Shown piece after piece: positions 16,746 to 21,136 of a stretch of 21,136 bases of DNA. Source of the DNA: a virus (lineage: Duplodnaviria; Heunggongvirae; Uroviricota; Caudoviricetes). Under the pieces are notes generated by a model. That model had not been told where the DNA came from. It did not search any database and was given only the letters and a program-made list of their open reading frames with translations. The first letter of the stretch is position 1, and each line of letters opens with the position of its first letter. The DNA lies in the IMG/VR virus record IMGVR_UViG_2667528074_000001; one strand, written 5' to 3'. The translations under genes were made by a program, and so were the position numbers.

Positions 16746-18503
16746 TTAAAGCGAGCGGATACCAACGCTGACCAGATGCTCAGACAGATCCGGCTCCGGT
16801 TCACCGCCATTGACCAGCATCCGGCTCATTGCTGTAAACATCGCAACAGGACCGTCGATTTTGGCTTCCGGCGTGGATTTATTCGGGAAGATATTGTCGT
16901 TTTTATCCGGTTTCACCGTAACGTTAGACATCATCCAGTTCATGACCGGGTGATTGCTGTGGTGGAAACGTCCGGCATAGACCAGTGATTCCGTTTCCTT
17001 CATGGCCTCTGACAGATTGCGGACCGTCTGCGGAACCTCCACCAGCGGTATCCCTTCTTCAGCCAGTGCCAGGCTGAACTGCATCGCACTCCACGGGTCA
17101 AATCCCAGTTCCCTCAGGTTTTCACCACCAATCCATTCCAGTAAGTCACTTTTTATCTGAGCATGATCGATAACATCACCATCCGTCAGGATGAGCTTAT
17201 CCATCTCCGCCCACTTCCGGTAAAGTTCTGCCTGCTGCCGTGAACACCGTTCCAGTCGCCCTTCCGGAAGCCAGAATTTAAAATCGGCATGAACATGCCC
17301 GTTATCCGTTCGCCAGAGTTTTGCCGCCGCACAGATATCAATCTTATGAGCAAGGTCGACGCCGACCCACATGGGATACGTTTTCAGCTCATGCTGTGGA
17401 GCGATGTATTCACACTTCCCCCACTTAATCATGTCCATCCAGGCAGACTCGGCAGTGACCCACACATTCATGTGTTTGGTAAAAAAATTCACCCGCGCCG
17501 AGACCTGTTCCTTCGCCTTTTTCGCCAGACGACGCAAATCATCCCAGCGTTTACAGATGCCCAGGCCCGGATTCGCTTTCTGCCAGACCGTTTCATCAAA
17601 CGGATCATCTCCCTCATCGAGCGTGTAAATAATCGCAAAGTAGGAGTCGTCTTTTACCGCGCCCTCCACGTCGCTGTTATAGCCTCGTAATACCTTGATG
17701 GCGTAATCGCGTTGCTCGTAACAAATCCCTTCCTTGTTAAAGCCCGCCGTGGTGATACCAAATAACAGGGACTGCAGACGGGCACCGGTTGCCGTTTCCA
17801 GAACGTCCCACACGTCGCGGGTTTTATGTGCATGCAGCTCATCAATAATGGCGCAGTGGATGTTCAGACCGTCCAGGTTGTTTGCATCCGAGGAAAGCGG
17901 TTCAAATTTTGATGCGCTCTGCTCCTGGTAAATCGCCAGCTTGTTGAAATCAAACAATCGCCCGAGTGTCGGCCTGGCTTTTCTGACCATATTTTTGGCG
18001 TCTTCAAACACGATTCTGGCCTGGTCACGCGTGGTTGCGGCTGAATACACCTCAGCCCCGCCTTCACCATCTGCCCCCGTCATATACAGACCGATACCCG
18101 ATGACAGGGTTGATTTTGCGTTTTTACGGGCGACTTCGTTGTACGCCGTCCGGAACCGGCGCACCATCACTGGGCGTCCGCTGCCATCGCTGCGCATGAC
18201 AACTTCCCCGGTCTCTTCATTCACCAGCGGAATGACAAAACCAAAAATATTAATGAGGATAAATACATGCCAGTCCATCAACTCAATGGGCTGACCTGCC
18301 AGCGCCCCTTTTACATGGGGCACAAATTTGTAGAAATTCAGGATGTGCTGCGCACGGGGTTCACTGAAATAAATCCCCCGCTCTTCGCCGTACTTCAGAT
18401 CATCAAGAAAACGCTGGCAGGCCAGACGGACAAATTCGCCAGCGACAATTTCTCCTGCAACAACACGTTCGGCGTAGCGGATCCCGTCAGCCACTTTTGC
18501 CAT
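16746..18503 (-). CDS. Terminase large subunit
   Basis: 585-aa ORF. ATPase motifs present (Walker A-like VARKNAKST, Walker B-like [10 protein letters not shown]) plus a C-terminal nuclease region. ATG 18503 overlaps the small terminase stop (TGATG). Confidence 0.93.
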   Translation of the reverse strand: MAKVADGIRYAERVVAGEIVAGEFVRLACQRFLDDLKYGEERGIYFSEPRAQHILNFYKFVPHVKGALAGQPIELMDWHVFILINIFGFVIPLVNEETGEVVMRSDGSGRPVMVRRFRTAYNEVARKNAKSTLSSGIGLYMTGADGEGGAEVYSAATTRDQARIVFEDAKNMVRKARPTLGRLFDFNKLAIYQEQSASKFEPLSSDANNLDGLNIHCAIIDELHAHKTRDVWDVLETATGARLQSLLFGITTAGFNKEGICYEQRDYAIKVLRGYNSDVEGAVKDDSYFAIIYTLDEGDDPFDETVWQKANPGLGICKRWDDLRRLAKKAKEQVSARVNFFTKHMNVWVTAESAWMDMIKWGKCEYIAPQHELKTYPMWVGVDLAHKIDICAAAKLWRTDNGHVHADFKFWLPEGRLERCSRQQAELYRKWAEMDKLILTDGDVIDHAQIKSDLLEWIGGENLRELGFDPWSAMQFSLALAEEGIPLVEVPQTVRNLSEAMKETESLVYAGRFHHSNHPVMNWMMSNVTVKPDKNDNIFPNKSTPEAKIDGPVAMFTAMSRMLVNGGEPEPDLSEHLVSVGIRSL

Positions 18504-18985
18504 CAGTCTCTCGCTTTTAAAAGTTCCGCCAGCGGATCAACATCATCCGGTCCGGCGGTATTTACTTTCGCCCGGCTTGCCGGTGACATACCAAACTCTG
18601 CAAGCATCGCCCGGATCCGCTTCCAGGCATCCGCTTTCATCGCCGCAGCCGGATGTGCCTTGATCATCACATCGCCATTCTGCGTTTCCGTGCGGTAGGT
18701 ATAACCCTCAGCATCGAGTGTTTCGCAGTGATGCCGGTATTCGGTGTAGGCTTCCACCAGTAACTCGAGTGCACGCGCATCAAGCTGAGAAATGATCCCT
18801 TCCGCATTCAGCTCTTCCGCCATTCGCCTGAACCAGTACTTCCCCTGCGCCCCTAAATGTTGCGGAATTTTAGGGAGACCTTTTTCATCCTTTTTAGCGG
18901 TTTTTTTGTGGTCTTTAACGGGGCGCTTCGAGGGGTTGCCTCGAATCAAATGCAGGCGTGGCGGGGTTTTCGGGGGTCCTGACAT
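18503..18985 (-). CDS. Terminase small subunit (P27 family)
   Basis: 160-aa ORF. N-terminus MSGPPKTPPRLHLIRGNPSKRP is typical of P27-type small terminases. Immediately upstream of the large terminase. Confidence 0.85.
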   Translation of the reverse strand: MSGPPKTPPRLHLIRGNPSKRPVKDHKKTAKKDEKGLPKIPQHLGAQGKYWFRRMAEELNAEGIISQLDARALELLVEAYTEYRHHCETLDAEGYTYRTETQNGDVMIKAHPAAAMKADAWKRIRAMLAEFGMSPASRAKVNTAGPDDVDPLAELLKARD

Positions 18986-19132
18986 AATCGGTTTTACCTA
19001 TCAATCGTTTGATCGCATTCCCAAAAAAAAGTTTTCGAACCTGCGGCGATGCGAAGAAGGGTTGGCGGGCGGTCCCGGACAGCCAGGGCTGCAGGGATTT
19101 GACCCGCCCCTCCCAACAAGTGAGAATAATTA

Positions 19133-19483
19133 TCACTTGATTCGTTCGCGCGCTGTTTTCTCTTTGTGGCAGGGCCAGCACAGACTCCGCAGGTTGCTGT
19201 CTGCGTCTGTTCCGCCATGCGCTTTCGGGATGATGTGGTCGACAGTTTTCGCCTCGCTCACCACACCGACACGCAGACACAACTGACACAGACCTTTATC
19301 GCGCTTCAGAATACGGGCACGAATCACCGTCCATTTTGAGCCATAACCACGCTGGTGGCGGCTCAGTCCGCGCTGGTGCTGTGCCCAGCCTTCACCACGA
19401 TGTTTATCGCAGTAGCCAGAACTGTCTGTCGTTGTGCCTGCGCAGCCTCGCTTACGGCATGCGCGGGGGATCCGTGATGGCAT
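19133..19483 (-). CDS. HNH endonuclease (packaging-associated)
   Basis: 116-aa ORF. Cys-rich N-terminus (CRKRGCAGTTTDSSGYCDKH) and HNH motif (VDHIIPKAHGGTDADSNLRSLCWPCHKEK). Position directly upstream of the small terminase is typical of HK97-like cos phages. Confidence 0.9.
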   Translation of the reverse strand: MPSRIPRACRKRGCAGTTTDSSGYCDKHRGEGWAQHQRGLSRHQRGYGSKWTVIRARILKRDKGLCQLCLRVGVVSEAKTVDHIIPKAHGGTDADSNLRSLCWPCHKEKTARERIK

Positions 19484-19542
19484 AGAATTTCACTCTCCTG
19501 ATGGTAAAATAACCATTCCTTAAAAACCTATACGGAGAACAA

Positions 19543-19755
19543 ATGAAAAATACTATTTCAAAAGGATTTCACCGGACAGGCGTTCTGTTGGCTATTTTGG
19601 TGTTGATGTTGAGCTTTGGTTTCTTTTTATTAACAGGTGCTGGTACAGGAATCTCGTTATTTGCTGTATTAGTTTCCCTGGTATGTGCCTTACTGACATA
19701 CGGCATACTCAGACTGGTCGGATGGGCCGTTAACGGATTCATAAAAGATAACTAA
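19543..19755 (+). CDS. Small membrane protein (70 aa, two predicted TM helices), moron-like, opposite orientation to the late operon
   Basis: ATG 19543 preceded by GGAGA (6-nt spacer). Sequence MKNTISKGFHRTGVLLAILVLMLSFGFFLLTGAGTGISLFAVLVSLVCALLTYGILRLVGWAVNGFIKDN. Followed by the stem-loop at 19765..19789. Locally AT-richer than the flanking structural genes. Confidence 0.55.
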   Translation: MKNTISKGFHRTGVLLAILVLMLSFGFFLLTGAGTGISLFAVLVSLVCALLTYGILRLVGWAVNGFIKDN

Positions 19756-19764
19756 AACATTATC

Positions 19765-19789
19765 GCAGCCCCTCAGTGTGAAGGGCTGC
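19765..19789. terminator. Stem-loop between convergent genes (putative bidirectional intrinsic terminator)
   Basis: Plus strand GCAGCCCCTCA-GTG-TGAAGGGCTGC: an 11-bp stem (one mismatch on the plus transcript, a G-U wobble on the minus transcript), followed by moderately U-rich sequence on both strands. Lies between the stops at 19755 (+) and 19801 (-). Confidence 0.55.
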
Positions 19790-19800
19790 TGTAATGCCTG

Positions 19801-20193
19801 TTACTCACGAATCAGGCGAGCACTCTTACCATTCATTTCAATACGCGAATACTGCGGTTTACCATCAATGATGTCTGTCATTACGAACACCTCACCCGGC
19901 TGCAGTTCAACTGCACCTTCCGGTAATTTCATACCGGCAAATACCGGACAGCCCGGATGGCGATCATCTTCTGTTGCTTCCAGCATTGACTCACCAAACC
20001 ACGCCGTTGTAGCGCGACCATCAGCAGCCTTGTAGTGGATCAAGTACTGGTTTTCGCCATCCGCATACTGCGCGCGGGCTTTAACCTCACCCCATTCATC
20101 ACTGATGCGCATCTCCACCAGTTGTGACAGTTCAAACTTAAACGGAGCAGCCACAGCACCAATTACCATTGGTTTGTCTTCTTTCTTTTCCAT
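19801..20193 (-). CDS. Hypothetical protein (130 aa), function unknown
   Basis: ORF track 19801..20244; start placed at ATG 20193..20191, preceded by AGGAGA (5-nt spacer). Acidic, soluble-looking, no recognisable motif. Followed by the 19765..19789 stem-loop. Confidence 0.65.
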   Translation of the reverse strand: MEKKEDKPMVIGAVAAPFKFELSQLVEMRISDEWGEVKARAQYADGENQYLIHYKAADGRATTAWFGESMLEATEDDRHPGCPVFAGMKLPEGAVELQPGEVFVMTDIIDGKPQYSRIEMNGKSARLIRE

Positions 20194-20367
20194 TATCTTC
20201 TCCTGATATCGAAACCCGTCACCGCCCCGGGCGCTGATCAACATTTGAGTATTCGCGGCGACAGAAAGAATTTATTTTATTGAGTAGCAAAAAACACAGA
20301 ATTTCATGCTTTCCGGACACTGGCGTATCCTTCATTTTTCAGCAAAATATTCTGCTCTTACAGGCGA

Positions 20368-20550
20368 TCAGTTCTGCATGCACTGCCGGACACCGTCGAC
20401 AATTTCACAGACCTGAGAAGCTGTATCGAAAAACTGACGCGCCTTATCCAGGCTGACGCATCCCACCAATAAAAAAGGCACCAGTATCGCTACCAGTGCC
20501 CATTTCGCCGCCGTTCGCGGCATTCTGTGTGTCCAGTGTTTTCGCTTCAT
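20368..20550 (-). CDS. Putative small lipoprotein (60 aa)
   Basis: ATG 20550..20548 (MKRKHWTHRMPRTAAKWALVAILVPFLLVGC...). Basic N-region, hydrophobic core and a lipobox-like LVGC, followed by a ~30-aa mature part with two more Cys. The ORF track's longer form starts at TTG 20565. Confidence 0.5.
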   Translation of the reverse strand: MKRKHWTHRMPRTAAKWALVAILVPFLLVGCVSLDKARQFFDTASQVCEIVDGVRQCMQN

Positions 20551-20554
20551 CTCG

Positions 20555-20689
20555 CTATCCACCAATCAATCCGGATAAGCTCAATACTCGCCAGGCGGTG
20601 GAAATGAAAATGGCAACCAACATTGCTGAAAATGAAAGGCCAACAACCACACAGAGAATTCGCGCCAGTTTTATAATGCTATCTGACAT
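20555..20689 (-). CDS. Small single-TM protein (44 aa)
   Basis: Internal ATG 20689..20687 of track ORF 20555..20782. Sequence MSDSIIKLARILCVVVGLSFSAMLVAIFISTAWRVLSLSGLIGG. SD-like AGGGGT upstream. Ends 4 nt before the lipoprotein ATG. Confidence 0.4.
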   Translation of the reverse strand: MSDSIIKLARILCVVVGLSFSAMLVAIFISTAWRVLSLSGLIGG

Positions 20690-20706
20690 ATTTACCCCTG
20701 CCCCAC

Positions 20707-20853
20707 TTACGATTTCACAGCAATGATCAATTTTGCCATCCCATACAGCATCGGAGACACAGCGATACCGACCGCCACCCACTTAATGGCAAAAGCCACC
20801 GCTCTGCTGATGTCATCAGTTACAGGCGCTTTCAATTCAAGGCCGTTTTTCAT
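20707..20853 (-). CDS. Small protein with hydrophobic C-terminal half (48 aa)
   Basis: Internal ATG 20853..20851 of track ORF 20707..20889 (MKNGLELKAPVTDDISRAVAFAIKWVAVGIAVSPMLYGMAKLIIAVKS), GAGG 7 nt upstream. An alternative ATG at 20889 is preceded by AGGAGA with a short spacer. Ends 17 nt before the next small ORF. Confidence 0.35.
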   Translation of the reverse strand: MKNGLELKAPVTDDISRAVAFAIKWVAVGIAVSPMLYGMAKLIIAVKS

Positions 20854-20926
20854 AGTCAACCTCAACAGAATTAGTTTATACTTCCTCATGTTCTCCTTTG
20901 CCTTACCCAGGGCCAGAAACAGAAAA

Positions 20927-20956
20927 CCCCGGGCTGTTACCGCAGCCGGGGTTTTT
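20927..20956. terminator. Intrinsic terminator-like hairpin with T5 tract (bidirectional)
   Basis: Plus strand CCCCGGGCTG-TTACCG-CAGCCGGGG followed by TTTTT (9-bp GC-rich stem with one bulge). On the minus strand the same hairpin is followed by TTTTCTGTTTCTGG, about 100 nt downstream of the partial gene stop at 21050. Confidence 0.6.
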
Positions 20957-21049
20957 GCTATCTGATGCTATGCCCCTTACTTTCGCTCATCGTAGCCCCA
21001 GAAAAGAGCCTGCATGAGTTGAGGGTGTTCAGCACTTCAGTGTCAGTTT

Positions 21050-21136
21050 TTAAACCACCACGCGCTCTTTCATCCAGCCATAGACAAACGACTCATTGGC
21101 CTCGCGTTTCTCTGCCAGCTCCAGATAACGCTCGCC
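21050..21136 (-). CDS. 3' end of an unidentified gene entering from beyond the window end (last 28 codons)
   Basis: Minus-strand frame open from 21136 to TAA at 21052..21050: ...GERYLELAEKREANESFVYGWMKERVVV*. Too short to assign; possibly the last gene of the lysis or regulatory module. Confidence 0.3.
   Translation of the reverse strand, partial: GERYLELAEKREANESFVYGWMKERVVV

Noticed and set aside
16556-16810. Minus-strand ORF of 84 aa overlapping the terminase-portal junction
   Set aside because: Out of frame with and overlapping the large terminase 3' end. The in-frame 60-aa ORF 16552..16734, with a proper SD and ATG, is the better model for this spacer.
16746-18503. Non-canonical Walker A in the large terminase (ARKNAKST, Ala where Gly is usual)
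   Set aside because: Deviant Walker A motifs are common in phage large terminases (lambda gpA is a known example). Not evidence of pseudogenisation; the ORF is intact at 585 aa.
20496-20965. Plus-strand ORFs 20496..20726 (76 aa) and 20723..20965 (80 aa) as the real genes of the accessory region
   Set aside because: Their translations are Pro/Ser/Thr/Ala-rich and low-complexity, and the second runs through the terminator hairpin. The minus-strand small ORFs have SD motifs and regular spacing. The rejection is weak and should be tested by comparative alignment.
1-21136. tRNA, rRNA, CRISPR arrays, integrase, transposase or attachment sites
   Set aside because: No cloverleaf-like or rRNA-like sequence, no regularly spaced direct repeats and no recombinase-like ORF were seen. 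The window looks like an internal late-gene segment of a prophage, with its ends lying outside.

Overview
This window is almost entirely the late (virion morphogenesis) region of a temperate enterobacterial phage or prophage, with essentially every gene on the minus strand and transcribed from high to low coordinates. All family assignments below come from reading the translated ORFs and from recalled family signatures; no database search was run.

Gene order, from upstream to downstream on the minus strand:
- Accessory (moron-like) small genes: 19.5-20.9 kb
- Packaging: HNH endonuclease, small terminase (P27 type), large terminase, and a small membrane ORF
- Head: HK97-type portal, prohead protease, major capsid protein, head-tail connector, head-tail joining protein and neck proteins
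- Tail: Mu-type contractile tail (sheath, tube, frameshifting chaperone, tape measure, DNA circularisation protein N, baseplate gp44-gp48 analogues)
- Fibres: a mosaic tail fibre with a P2 H-like C-terminus, a P2 G-like tail fibre assembly protein, and the start of a second, lambda Stf-like side tail fibre gene that runs off the window start

This HK97-head plus Mu-tail combination is the known chimeric architecture of SfV-like phages. Genes are tightly packed, with many ATGA or TGATG stop/start overlaps indicating translational coupling.

No rRNA, tRNA, CRISPR array, integrase or transposase was seen.

The most notable points are:
- A predicted programmed -1 frameshift (slippery T TTT TTT) in the tail assembly chaperone, whose extension exactly fills an otherwise unexplained 84-nt gap before the tape measure gene.
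- An uncharacterised accessory island at about 19.5-20.96 kb, between the HNH/terminase genes and a bidirectional terminator. It holds a convergent plus-strand small membrane protein, a 130-aa unknown protein and a tidy three-gene cassette of small hydrophobic and lipoprotein ORFs. This is the best candidate for an undescribed accessory system (superinfection exclusion, defence, lysis accessory or toxin), but the sequence alone does not establish its function.
- A 60-aa two-helix membrane ORF translationally wedged between the large terminase and portal genes.
- Two tail fibre loci in tandem.
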